Source of the DNA: a virus
IMG/VR virus record: IMGVR_UViG_3300042519_001698
Length of the DNA: 64,000 nucleotides
Direction: 5' to 3' (one strand)
The notes beneath the pieces were generated by a model. That model did no database searches and was not told the origin of the DNA. It saw nothing but the letters and a program-made list of their open reading frames with translations. Both the position numbers and the translations under genes were made by a program. Of this stretch, positions 39,501 to 48,797 are shown piece by piece (the stretch's first letter is position 1; each line of letters begins with the position of its first letter).

Positions 39501-40340
39501 AGTGCCAGCTGTTCCTGATGAACCACTTGTACCTGATGAACCTGACGTACCAGCGGTTCCTGAACTTCCACTTGAACCTGATGTTCCACTTGTTCCTGAA
39601 CTACCTGATGTTCCACTTGTTCCTGTAGAACCACTAGAACCTGAAGTACCACTAGTTCCCGCACTACCTGATGAACCACTTGTTCCCGCCGTTCCTGAAG
39701 AACCACTAGACCCTGAAGTACCACTTGAACCTGAGGTACCCGCTGTTCCTGAAGAACCCGATGAACCACTTGTTCCTGATGTACCCGCTGTTCCTGAAGA
39801 ACCCGATGAACCACTTGTTCCTGATGTACCCGCTGTTCCTGAAGAACCCGATGAACCACTTGTTCCTGATGTACCACTTGTACCGGCCGTTCCTGATGAA
39901 CCACTAGAACCTGAAGTACCCGATGTACCACCTGTACCTGAAGAACCTGAACCACCACTAGTACCTGATGTACCCGATGTTCCGGCAGCATCTAACCATG
40001 TGGTACCATTATATCTATAAATGTTTGTGTCTGAAGTGTTATAATAAATCGAACCCGTTGCCTTTAAAATTGGGGATACGTTCGATGTGGGAATTGTAAG
40101 TGCTCCCGTTATAAAAACTGAACCAGTAAACAAATGGGAATCATCAATTGAATCACCAAAAACTGTGTTACCCGAAGAAAATGATTGGGTAAAATGTGAT
40201 ACTGAAGACGAAATTATCAATTCTTTAGCCGTGATGTTACCATCGACTATTAAATTTTCTGAAATTTGTACTGAGCCGGTTATAGTTGCGCCATTAGCAG
40301 CAACCAAAAGGCCGTTTTTTACTATAAATTGATTTGCCAT
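36558..40340 (-). CDS. Collagen-like (Gly-Ser/Thr) modular fibre protein 1
   Basis: Long G-x-y runs; two HNL modules; C-terminal [29 protein letters not shown] domain of phage-fibre type. Start set at 40340 ([10 protein letters not shown]) by homology with the next gene (MANELVVKNG). Confidence 0.85.
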   Translation of the reverse strand: MANQFIVKNGLLVAANGATITGSVQISENLIVDGNITAKELIISSSVSHFTQSFSSGNTVFGDSIDDSHLFTGSVFITGALTIPTSNVSPILKATGSIYYNTSDTNIYRYNGTTWLDAAGTSGTSGTSGGSGSSGTGGTSGTSGSSGSSGTAGTSGTSGTSGSSGSSGTAGTSGTSGSSGSSGTAGTSGTSGSSGSSGTAGTSGSSGTSGSSGSSGTAGTSGSSGSAGTSGTSGSSGSTGTSGTSGSSGTSGTSGSSGSSGTAGTSGSSGTSGSSGTAGTSGSSGTSGTSGSSGSSGTSGTSGSSGTSGTSGTSGTSGSSGTSGSSGTAGTSGTSGSSGTAGTSGSSGLSDKYKTTSTSSFTLGSSGTLTVDANLSYTPAQSIIIVNDSTHFQECEIISYSGTTLTFGSPSRTVGTGTFTSWTINLDGASGGDGSSGTSGTSGSSGSSGTSGSSGTSGSSGTAGTSGSSGTSGSSGTAGTSGTSGSSGTSGSSGTAGTSGSSGTAGTSGSSGTTGDTGSSGTSGSSGTTGATGSSGTSGLSGTSFTSGFTGTTWSITHNLGQRYPSVMIYDSNGYLVIPSNVQAIDSNNLTVTFSSSLTGTASLTTGGAGSSGTSGGSGSSGTGGTSGSSGTSGTSGSSGSSGSSGSSGSSGTAGTSGSSGTSGRDGIGGTTQTFASSTTWSVAHNLGTNFPSVTVWDSNKNVVIPTQIKSIDANNVDVYFGSPISGSVNVIFGGHMVSGAIDTSAVGHIVPSINNTYDLGSSSKQFRHLYLSSGSLYIDGQKVLGSTSQELQITTDVGQSFKILEAGTDTITLQSNDGDIQLKTSGGGNVLLDPTTGLIDLRGTVQIQDGNKITSSGATKVVFGNDIEVTGSIRTNGTLIVNGVSFSAMTSGTSGSSGSNGSSGSSGTSGSNGSSGSSGTAGTSGSSGTSGSSGSSGTAGTSGSSGTSGSSGSNGSSGSSGDSIFAQTGSIWSATKNVEITGSLKVKGAITADELYMTYVTSSVMYSSGSTKFGDTNDDTHQVTGSLSITGSLLINGTSYTAATSGTSGSSGTSGSNGSSGTSGSSGSNGSSGTSGSNGSSGTSGTSGSSGSNGSSGSSGTSGSSGSNGSSGSSGTSGSSGSSGTSGSSGSSGTSGSSGSNGSSGSSGTTTITNAVDNRVMTSVGGVTLNAEANLTFDGSTLTVAGNVLPEANGTRDLGSAAARWSTVYTSDLSLNNGIGDWTIVEGEDDLFLYNNKKGKVYKFALTEVDPNIATPKKS
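39736..39875. repeat. Three perfect 45-bp tandem copies within the collagen-like tract
   Basis: gtacccgctgttcctgaagaacccgatgaaccacttgttcctgat at 39736, 39781 and 39826. Confidence 0.9.
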
Positions 40341-40372
40341 ATGTCTACTGTTTTCACTGTCCAACAGTTATA

Positions 40373-40380
40373 TATAAATA
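40373..40380 (-). promoter_or_regulatory. TATTTATA motif, putative late promoter
   Basis: Upstream of fibre gene 1 and downstream of the terminator at 40401-40440. Confidence 0.5.
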
Positions 40381-40400
40381 CTACATTTTTTTGTTTAAGT

Positions 40401-40440
40401 AAATAAAAAAGGAGACATTTTATTGTCTCCTTTTTATTTT
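40401..40440. terminator. Intrinsic terminator (bidirectional-type)
   Basis: AAAAAGGAGACA-loop-TGTCTCCTTTTT with A/T tails on both sides, after the stop at 40457. Confidence 0.85.
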
Positions 40441-40456
40441 ATCAATATTATGTTTT

Positions 40457-43400
40457 TTATAATAAAGTTGTAGATGTTTTAAACTCCCATCCACCATTAG
40501 AAGTGAAATTTAAAACCACATTTCCACCACTTAATCCAACTGCGAAAGATGCTCCATCTGTACTTCCGATGTCAACTGTTGAGGTTTCATTGAAAACCAC
40601 AGTTGAGCCATTCCATACCGATGAAATCTGTCCTGAACGAGCGTTTGCCCCTTTAGATATTGTGTAGTTGTAGAATGCTGAGGTATTTGAACCTGTTGCG
40701 TTTGTTGATACAACCGAAGTACCGTTAGTTGAAGTTGTTTTATCACTAACAAATGTTGATTGTGTTGTTCCTGATATTTTTAATGAACCATTTACAACTG
40801 TATCTGAATTAATTGTTACAACATCTCCATCATCCGTTAAATTAGAATCTGTAATTCCTGTTGCTGACGCAAATCTAACTAATGCATTTATAGTTCCTGA
40901 AACTGAAACCGATGTACCTGAAGTACCGGCTGTTCCTGATGAACCACTTGTTCCCGCCGTTCCTGAAGAACCTGAAGAACCCGATGTTCCAGATGATCCA
41001 TCACTACCTGATGAACCACTTGTTCCCGCCGTTCCTGAAGAACCACTAGAACCTGAAGTACCAGCTGTTCCTGATGAACCCGAACTTCCTGAAGAACCAC
41101 TAGAACCATCACTACCTGATGAACCACTTGTTCCTGCTGTTCCTGAAGAACCTGATGTACCTGAAGTTCCTGAAGAACCTGATGTGCCAGCAGTTCCTGA
41201 AGAACCCGATGTACCTGAAGTTCCTGAAGAACCTGATGTACCCGCTGTACCACTAGAACCTGATGTCCCAGCCGTTCCACTAGAACCTGATGTCCCAGCC
41301 GTTCCACTAGAACCTGATGTTCCTGAAGAACCGTTACCACCTACTGTGGCAATCACGGTTCCACTTTGTGCTACACTAAAGTAAACTTTTAAATTGTTAC
41401 TATCTATAACCTCAATACCTGTTGGTATAACAACTTTATCGTTAACATCAAACACATTGATTGCTGGATATTTATAACCTAAATTGTGGTTAAATGACCA
41501 TGTTGTTGATGATGGAGTTACTGTTAATGTTTGTGTTTGACCTGAAACAATTACCGCGTTTAAAGCGTGTGATGCAGTTAATGCATATGATGAACTTGCA
41601 ATTGTTGATGTTGAACTTGAAACATATGAATTAAACCATGATTCGTCTAATTTACCTGTACCAATTGCTTGACCATTTAATGAAATTGAACCTGTGATAT
41701 TAACACTACCCGTAAATTGATGTGTATCGTCTAAAGTATCACCAAATCTATTTGAACCTGAAGTAAATAATACAGAAGAAGTCACATAATCCATGTGTAT
41801 TTCTCTTGCTGTTAATATACCATTAATATAGGTATCTCCGTTTACTCTGAATGTTCCATCAGATAAAATTGATGCACTTACTGAACCACTAACTATTTTA
41901 TTTAATTCTAATCCTGTAACTCCACTTGCTGGAATGTTATATAATCCCGCACCGTCACCTGTAAATGATCCTGAGATAGTTCCTCCCGCAGTTATAGTGT
42001 TTCCTACTTTTAATGTATTATTAACACCAACGATTTCAACTCCACCATATCCCGGATTAAGTACTAAAGTACCACCACCGTTTAAATATGTTTGACCGAA
42101 AATATTACCATCTATACTGAAACTTGAACTAACATCAAACATTGATATTGAACCTGTGAATTGAACGTCGTTTGTTGTCGCCCAAAAAGATCCTGTTTGA
42201 GCAAATAAACTGTCTCCAGAAGAACCTGATGTTCCTGCGGTTCCTGATGAACCTGACGTACCAGCTGTTCCACTTGAACCTGAAGTACCACTTGTTCCTG
42301 AAGAACCTGAAGTACCCGCGGTTCCTGATGAACCTGATGTACCACTTGTTCCTGAAGAACCTGAAGTACCAGCCGTTCCACTAGAACCTGATGTTCCTGA
42401 AGAACCATCACTACCTGAAGAACCTGATGTTCCAGATGAACCTGAAGTTCCCGCTGTTCCTGAAGAACCCGATGAACCACTTGTTCCTGCAGTGCCACTT
42501 GAACCTGAAGAACCTGAAGAACCACTAGAACCCGAAGTACCCGCCGTTCCTGAAGAACCTGATGTACCAGCTGTTCCTGAAGAACCTGAGGTACCTGATG
42601 TCATTGCTGCGAATGAAACGCCGTCAATAACTAAACTACCACTTGATATATTAACAGAACCCGAAATAAAGACTGAACCTGTAAATTCATGTGTATCGTC
42701 CGATGTATTACCAAATTTATTTGAACCCGACGTATACATTATTGAAGAACTTACGTAATCAATATTTAATTGTCTCGCAGTTAAAATACCTTTAACATTA
42801 ACATCTGAATCAATTTCTACAAGTGAACCATTATCAGTAATTTTTGAATCAACTAATGTTGGGTCACCAGCACCTGTTTGAAATTTACCAATTGTATTGT
42901 TTGTACCTGAAACGGTTACTGAAGTACCACTTGTTCCTGATGTACCGGCCGTTCCTGAAGAACCCGATGTACCAGCTGTACCTGATGAACCTGACGTACC
43001 CGCTGTTCCTGATGAACCACTTGAACCTGATGTTCCACTTGTTCCTGAAGAACCTGATGTACCAGCTGTTCCTGAAGAACCACTAGAACCTGATGTTCCC
43101 GCCGTTCCTGATGTTCCAGAAGAACCATCACTACCTGAAGAACCTGATGTTCCTGAAGAACCTGAAGTACCTGCCGTTCCTGAAGAACCTGATGTACCAG
43201 CTGTTCCTGATGAACCACTAGAACCTGATGTTCCTGAAGTACCTGCAGTTCCTGAAGAACCACTAGAACCTGATGTACCACTTGTTCCCGCAGCTGGTAA
43301 CCATGTGCTACCATCATATCTATATATGTTAGTATCAGTTGTATTATAATATATTGAACCTGTTGCGTTACCTATAGGATCTGATGATGCAGTTGGGATT

Positions 43401-44512
43401 TTTAAAGCTCCCGTAACAAACACCGAACCTGTAAAAATATGTTGGTCATCTATTGTGTTACCAAACGCTGACGAACCACTTGCAAAACTTGTTGTCATGT
43501 AAGTGATAGAGTTTGACACAATATATGTTTGTGCGGTTAATGTTCCTGCTACCGATAAATTACCACTAATAACTCCACTACCTGTTACATTTAAATTTGT
43601 TCCATCAAATGTCATTCCTGATTGAACAGTAGCATCAGTACCACTTCCATTATATGTTATTACACCATTGGTTGTTGATCCTGTTAATGTTACTAAACCA
43701 GATGTACCACTTGTTCCGGCTGTTCCTGAAGAACCCGATGTTCCAGCTGTTCCTGATGAACCACTTGTTCCCGCAGTTCCTGAACTTCCTGAACTTCCTG
43801 AAGTACCAGCACTACCACTAGAACCTGATGTGCCAGCCGTTCCACTTGAACCTGATGAACCATCACTACCTGATGTTCCTGAAGTACCTGCAGTTCCTGA
43901 AGAACCACTTGAACCCGAAGTACCCGAAGAACCGTCACTACCAGATGTACCAGCTGTTCCTGAAGAACCACTAGAACCTGATGTACCACTAGAACCTGAT
44001 GTGCCAGCCGTTCCACTTGAACCCGATGAACCATCACTACCTGATGAACCTGATGAACCACTTGTTCCTGCTGTTCCACTTGAACCTGATGAACCACTTG
44101 TTCCAGCTGTTCCTGATGAACCACTAGAACCTGAAGTACCAGCCGTTCCACTAGAACCACTTGTTCCTGATGTACCAGCAGCAGCTAACCACGTACTACC
44201 ATTATAACGATAGATATTTGTATCACCTGTGTTGTAATATATTTGTCCCGCGGTTGTACCGACAGGATTTTCACTTGATTTTGGAATTTGTAAGGCTCCC
44301 GTAATATAAATGGAACCAGTGAATAAATGATAATCGTCAAATGTATCACCAAAATTATGTGAACCTGAAGCATAAGATTCGGTCACATATATTACGGACG
44401 AACTTAAGACGTAATTTTCCGCTGTTAATGTTCCTTGGACAGTTAAGTTGTCCATAATTGTGGCCGACCCAGATACTATCAGACCATTTTTTACTACTAA
44501 TTCGTTAGCCAT
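40457..44512 (-). CDS. Collagen-like (Gly-Ser/Thr) modular fibre protein 2
   Basis: Four G-x-y tracts separated by four FGxxxDDxHxFTGS modules, one HNL module and a beta-rich C-terminal domain. Confidence 0.85.
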   Translation of the reverse strand: MANELVVKNGLIVSGSATIMDNLTVQGTLTAENYVLSSSVIYVTESYASGSHNFGDTFDDYHLFTGSIYITGALQIPKSSENPVGTTAGQIYYNTGDTNIYRYNGSTWLAAAGTSGTSGSSGTAGTSGSSGSSGTAGTSGSSGSSGTAGTSGSSGSSGSDGSSGSSGTAGTSGSSGTSGSSGSSGTAGTSGSDGSSGTSGSSGSSGTAGTSGTSGSDGSSGSSGTAGTSGSSGSAGTSGSSGSSGTAGTSGSSGTAGTSGSSGTAGTSGTSGLVTLTGSTTNGVITYNGSGTDATVQSGMTFDGTNLNVTGSGVISGNLSVAGTLTAQTYIVSNSITYMTTSFASGSSAFGNTIDDQHIFTGSVFVTGALKIPTASSDPIGNATGSIYYNTTDTNIYRYDGSTWLPAAGTSGTSGSSGSSGTAGTSGTSGSSGSSGTAGTSGSSGTAGTSGSSGTSGSSGSDGSSGTSGTAGTSGSSGSSGTAGTSGSSGTSGTSGSSGSSGTAGTSGSSGTAGTSGSSGTAGTSGTSGTSVTVSGTNNTIGKFQTGAGDPTLVDSKITDNGSLVEIDSDVNVKGILTARQLNIDYVSSSIMYTSGSNKFGNTSDDTHEFTGSVFISGSVNISSGSLVIDGVSFAAMTSGTSGSSGTAGTSGSSGTAGTSGSSGSSGSSGSSGTAGTSGSSGSSGTAGTSGSSGTSGSSGSDGSSGTSGSSGTAGTSGSSGTSGTSGSSGTAGTSGSSGTSGTSGSSGTAGTSGSSGTAGTSGSSGDSLFAQTGSFWATTNDVQFTGSISMFDVSSSFSIDGNIFGQTYLNGGGTLVLNPGYGGVEIVGVNNTLKVGNTITAGGTISGSFTGDGAGLYNIPASGVTGLELNKIVSGSVSASILSDGTFRVNGDTYINGILTAREIHMDYVTSSVLFTSGSNRFGDTLDDTHQFTGSVNITGSISLNGQAIGTGKLDESWFNSYVSSSTSTIASSSYALTASHALNAVIVSGQTQTLTVTPSSTTWSFNHNLGYKYPAINVFDVNDKVVIPTGIEVIDSNNLKVYFSVAQSGTVIATVGGNGSSGTSGSSGTAGTSGSSGTAGTSGSSGTAGTSGSSGTSGTSGSSGTAGTSGSSGTSGTSGSSGTAGTSGSSGSDGSSGSSGSSGSSGTAGTSGSSGSSGTAGTSGSSGSDGSSGTSGSSGSSGTAGTSGSSGTAGTSGTSVSVSGTINALVRFASATGITDSNLTDDGDVVTINSDTVVNGSLKISGTTQSTFVSDKTTSTNGTSVVSTNATGSNTSAFYNYTISKGANARSGQISSVWNGSTVVFNETSTVDIGSTDGASFAVGLSGGNVVLNFTSNGGWEFKTSTTLL

Positions 44513-44534
44513 TCTTGTATTTTTTGTTTTATAC

Positions 44535-44542
44535 TATAAATA
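44535..44542 (-). promoter_or_regulatory. TATTTATA motif, putative late promoter
   Basis: 22 nt upstream of the start at 44512. Confidence 0.5.
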
Positions 44543-44584
44543 GTATTTAATCTATCTTTATTTGCTTATTATATGTATATTTTT

Positions 44585-46426
44585 TTATATTATATTTCCT
44601 AATGCTCTATAATGAACTTCCACTTTCCAAGTACCTGATGAAACAACAACATTCAATAACCCATTATTTGTTACATCAAATGAAACTGGTGATGTATTAC
44701 CTAAATCTGTTGTGTTTAATTCATTATATGATGAATTAGAACCATTCCATACCGAAGCGATATTTCCACATTTCATATTCAAACCATTCTTTACTATATA
44801 ATCAAAATTGGCACCATCAAATGAACCTAAATCAATTAATGTTGCACTACCACTAACAACTTGAGATGCAACACCAATATATGATTGTACATTAGAACCT
44901 GTATTTTTTAATACTATATTTTCTTCTAATGTTAATTCACTAGTGATAGTTGTTGTTGTGTTTCCAGTTGTACCCGACGTATTAAAAACTTGGGTACCGA
45001 TTACAATTTGATTGTTTTCATTAAGCTCAATTGCTTTAACTCCTCCAACATAAATTGAACCACTTGAAACATAAATGTCTTTCCATTGAAAATTAAGAGA
45101 ACCTAAATCATATGTATTATTTAATGCTGGTATAATATCTGATCCAACATTGGTATAATTTACCGACCCACTTACAAAGTGACCACCTTTGGCAACGTTT
45201 ACATAACCTTGAACTGGTGATGAAAATGTTACTTCAATTGTGTTTCCATCAATGGTTGTAATTTGTTGTGGAATTACAATATGATTATTACTATCCCAAA
45301 TATTAACTAATGGATAATTTGTACCTAAATTGTGAGATACACTCCATGTGGTTGATGATTCAAAATATTGAACCAACCCACCCGTACCGTCAGTTCCCGA
45401 AGTACCACTAGTTCCTGAAGAACCTGACGTACCTGACGAACCACTAGTACCTGAACTACCACTTGTTCCTGAAGAACCATCTGTTCCCGATAAACCTGAA
45501 GTACCTGATGTTCCACTTGTACCTGAAGAACCATTACCACCGACGGTTGCACTCACTACACCCGTTTGAGACGAAGCGAATGAAACTGTTAAATTATTAT
45601 AATCAATTACATGTATGTTCTGTGGAATAATCACGTATCCGTCACTATTAAAAACAGTAATTGCTGGATATAATGAATTTAAATTGTGATTAAAATTCCA
45701 TGTTGTTGATGGTGACGATACTATTAATTTTTTTGTAGCACCGTCTACCACTATAGGGTCAAACGTTGTCCAATAAACATGATTACCATCAGTAGATAAT
45801 AATTGATTAGATGTTCCTGTTGAACCAGTTGCATCTGTTAAACTACCACTAAGAATTAAATTTCCACTAACAGATAACGAACCCGTAATTGCCGAATTGG
45901 TACTTACATTAAATCCGTTTGTTTCTGATATTGATGCAGTAACTGAACCACTACTAATTCTATTTAATTGTAAACCTGTTACACCACTTGCCGGTACATT
46001 GTATAAACCTTGACCATCTCCACTTATATATCCACCACTTACATTTAATGAACCACTAATTGATATGTCTGTGTTAACTTGAAAACCACCTTGTTCTGAA
46101 ATTGATGCGGTATATGAACCACTACTAATTCTATTTAATTGTAAACCTGTTACACCACTTGCTGGTACGTTATATAAATTAGAACCATCACCTTTAAATG
46201 AACCTGTAAAAATTGAACCTGTGATATCACCTGTAAGAAATATTGAACCTGTATTAACCGTGTTTGTTGAAACTAATTCTTCAATTGAGGGACCTAATGA
46301 ACCTGATTTAGCAAAATAGACTTTACCGTCGGCGGTGTTGATTGACAATTCACCTAATTCGAGTTGAGCGTTAGTTGGCTTTTTACCAATAACACTACTC
46401 CTACGTAGTTTTACTATTTGTGCCAT
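44585..46426 (-). CDS. Fibre protein 3 (Mtd-like N-terminus, short collagen-like tract)
   Basis: MAQIVKLRRSS..KPTNAQLELGELSINTADGKVYF phage-fibre attachment domain; two HNL modules; C-terminal domain homologous to that of fibre 2. Confidence 0.85.
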   Translation of the reverse strand: MAQIVKLRRSSVIGKKPTNAQLELGELSINTADGKVYFAKSGSLGPSIEELVSTNTVNTGSIFLTGDITGSIFTGSFKGDGSNLYNVPASGVTGLQLNRISSGSYTASISEQGGFQVNTDISISGSLNVSGGYISGDGQGLYNVPASGVTGLQLNRISSGSVTASISETNGFNVSTNSAITGSLSVSGNLILSGSLTDATGSTGTSNQLLSTDGNHVYWTTFDPIVVDGATKKLIVSSPSTTWNFNHNLNSLYPAITVFNSDGYVIIPQNIHVIDYNNLTVSFASSQTGVVSATVGGNGSSGTSGTSGTSGLSGTDGSSGTSGSSGTSGSSGTSGSSGTSGTSGTDGTGGLVQYFESSTTWSVSHNLGTNYPLVNIWDSNNHIVIPQQITTIDGNTIEVTFSSPVQGYVNVAKGGHFVSGSVNYTNVGSDIIPALNNTYDLGSLNFQWKDIYVSSGSIYVGGVKAIELNENNQIVIGTQVFNTSGTTGNTTTTITSELTLEENIVLKNTGSNVQSYIGVASQVVSGSATLIDLGSFDGANFDYIVKNGLNMKCGNIASVWNGSNSSYNELNTTDLGNTSPVSFDVTNNGLLNVVVSSGTWKVEVHYRALGNII

Positions 46427-46491
46427 ATGTATGGGGTCCCCTTAAATTCTTTGTGATATGTATCACGGTTAACAACCTATATAGGTCATTC

Positions 46492-46499
46492 TATAAATA
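46492..46499 (-). promoter_or_regulatory. TATTTATA motif, putative late promoter
   Basis: Between the terminators and the start at 46426. Confidence 0.5.
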
Positions 46500-46534
46500 C
46501 TTATGAATTCGGATTTAGTAAATGAATTTTAGAA

Positions 46535-46571
46535 AAAATAAAAGGAGGTTTATTTGACCTCCTTTTATTTT
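46535..46571 (-). terminator. Intrinsic terminator
   Basis: 15-bp arms AAAATAAAAGGAGGT/ACCTCCTTTTATTTT, with a T-tail on the minus strand. Confidence 0.8.
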
Positions 46572-46610
46572 ATTAACTAAATGATAATGATATTCCCATT
46601 TTATACTATT

Positions 46611-46636
46611 AAAAAAGGGGAGATAAACTCCCCCTT
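46611..46636 (-). terminator. Intrinsic terminator
   Basis: Minus strand GGGGAG-TTTAT-CTCCCC-TTTTTT, just after the stop at 46645. Confidence 0.8.
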
Positions 46637-46644
46637 AATTTGTT

Positions 46645-48747
46645 TTAATATGTTCCCCCGTCTATTAGACTTGAGAATTCTAAATTACCTGTTGATGTGT
46701 TATACCCCAACAATCTATCTGTTTCACTTGTTGTGTCAGTTGAACTAATGAATCCTAAATCATCATTTGAATTTATAAATAAAACATTTGATGTCACTCC
46801 ACTAGTCATTGTTGCACCTGAGTAACTAATATTTAAGTTTCCTTGAATTTTAGTTTCTCCTGAACCAGAATCAACAGAGAATTTACCATTTAATGATAAT
46901 GTGGTTCCACTATAAGTTAATAAACTATCTCCAATTGTGTTACCTGTTGTTGCTATTGGGAATGTTCCTGATGTTAAACTTGCCTCAGAACCAAATGTTC
47001 CACCTGATACTCCAACAATTTTACTTGATGTACCGTTAGCGTTTTGGAATAACCAATAGTCATTTGTTGAATCCCATAACAATGAACCTGAATCACCTAC
47101 CGAACCTGAATCATATGCAGATAAACCAGCATATCTTTGGAATGGTGAATATGCATTTACTTGGATAATATTATCACCAATGTCAACTGTGTGAGATTCT
47201 ATATTCACATTTGTTTGTGAACCTAAAACTTGTAAGTTACCTGATACAAATAAATCACCACCTAACATTGTTGCCGAACCTGATGCTACCGTTAATGAAC
47301 CTGTTAGTGAAGTGTTACCATTAATGTTTACAGAACCAGTTACTGTTAATGAAGAACTAACAAACACACCGTTTACACCAACAATAGATACTGTTTGTGC
47401 AGTATCATCTATTTTTAAATAATTTGTGTCATCACCGAAGAAGTTGAAATCTGCATTACCCACAAAATGGATATCTGTATAACCTGAAGGTGCCGCACTA
47501 TTGTAAATTTCAAAAAGTCTTGGGTCGTCTAAATTGGGTTTTAAATATAATGAACCCGTACCTTGTATGTTAGTTACTTCAATTGCACCCGATACATTTA
47601 AATTACCATTATCAAAAGTTAAACCAGTATAATCTGTTAATAAACCATCTACACCTACAACCACTAATCTCTTTTCTGTTAAATCTTCAACATAAACAGA
47701 ACCAGATAATGTTGTGTTTCCTGTTACTGTTAAATCCGCATTGATAGTTGTTGCACTATATAAAGTGGTTGCCCCTGTTACGTTTAATGGACCATTTAAA
47801 TCGGTTGTACCTGTTACTGTAAGTCCTGCGTTAATTGTAGTTGCACTATATAATGTGGTTGCACCTGTTACGTTTAAATAACCCGGTAAATCTAAATTTG
47901 TTAATTCAATTGAACCTAAATTCAGTTGATCAATGTATGCGGTTCCACTAACATATAAATCTTTCCAAGCTTTTGCTGAAGTACCTAAATCATATGTGTT
48001 ATTGGTAGTAGGTATGATGTGTGAATTAACTTCACCACCAAAGTTGATGGTATCACCTGTTAAACTATTACCGATGTTAATACTACCTGATAATACAATA
48101 TCACCTTGTGTGTAGAAAGAACCTGTTTGATAGATATTACCTGAAACATATAAATCTTTTTGGAAAGTTGTATCTTCTGAAACATTAAGTGCTCCAGTAA
48201 CTGATGTGGCACCACTAATATTAACCGAACCAGTTACATTTAAAGATCCATTTGCATTTGTTGTTCCTGTTACCGTTAAATTGTTATTGATTGTTGTAAG
48301 ACCCTCAACATTAAGAGTTCCACCCATTTGTGTGTTACCCGTCACATTCAAAGCTGATGATGATACGAAAGTATCAAACGTTGCTCTACTTCCTGTGATA
48401 TTGTTGATGGTAATACCAGATATAGTATTACCTTCTAAGTTACCACTAAGGTCCATATTAATGTTACCATTTCTATCTAAAATGTACAACGATTGTGATG
48501 TACTAGAATAAAATGGTGTACCGTCCATTGTTGTACCATAACCCGCACCTAATATAGGTACAAGTGATCCTTGGTATATTTTAGATACTGCTCTATATCC
48601 ACCAGCTGTTGCATCAGACCCAACAAATACAACTGGAGCGTTTAAATCTCCGATTGAACCTGTTGCAATCACGAATTCACCGATATTAGCTGTTACATCT
48701 TTAAGGGCTGAAATCGAACCTCTTCTGTGTTTAATTATTTGTGCCAT
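46645..48747 (-). CDS. Fibre protein 4 (Mtd-like N-terminus, beta-repeat shaft, no collagen tract)
   Basis: MAQIIKHRRGS..NIGEFVIAT; repeated LNVTG/LTVTG units; VLGSQTNVNIES..DNIIQVN module; ends IDGGTY. Confidence 0.8.
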   Translation of the reverse strand: MAQIIKHRRGSISALKDVTANIGEFVIATGSIGDLNAPVVFVGSDATAGGYRAVSKIYQGSLVPILGAGYGTTMDGTPFYSSTSQSLYILDRNGNINMDLSGNLEGNTISGITINNITGSRATFDTFVSSSALNVTGNTQMGGTLNVEGLTTINNNLTVTGTTNANGSLNVTGSVNISGATSVTGALNVSEDTTFQKDLYVSGNIYQTGSFYTQGDIVLSGSINIGNSLTGDTINFGGEVNSHIIPTTNNTYDLGTSAKAWKDLYVSGTAYIDQLNLGSIELTNLDLPGYLNVTGATTLYSATTINAGLTVTGTTDLNGPLNVTGATTLYSATTINADLTVTGNTTLSGSVYVEDLTEKRLVVVGVDGLLTDYTGLTFDNGNLNVSGAIEVTNIQGTGSLYLKPNLDDPRLFEIYNSAAPSGYTDIHFVGNADFNFFGDDTNYLKIDDTAQTVSIVGVNGVFVSSSLTVTGSVNINGNTSLTGSLTVASGSATMLGGDLFVSGNLQVLGSQTNVNIESHTVDIGDNIIQVNAYSPFQRYAGLSAYDSGSVGDSGSLLWDSTNDYWLFQNANGTSSKIVGVSGGTFGSEASLTSGTFPIATTGNTIGDSLLTYSGTTLSLNGKFSVDSGSGETKIQGNLNISYSGATMTSGVTSNVLFINSNDDLGFISSTDTTSETDRLLGYNTSTGNLEFSSLIDGGTY

Positions 48748-48777
48748 GTTTTATTTTTGTGTTTCTTTTTTTATTAT

Positions 48778-48785
48778 TATAAATA
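48778..48785 (-). promoter_or_regulatory. TATTTATA motif, putative late promoter
   Basis: Upstream of the start at 48747. Confidence 0.5.
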
Positions 48786-48797
48786 CTTTATTTTTGA

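Noticed and set aside
39736-39875. 45-bp direct repeats as a CRISPR array
   Set aside because: No spacers; in frame within a coding repeat; no cas genes seen.
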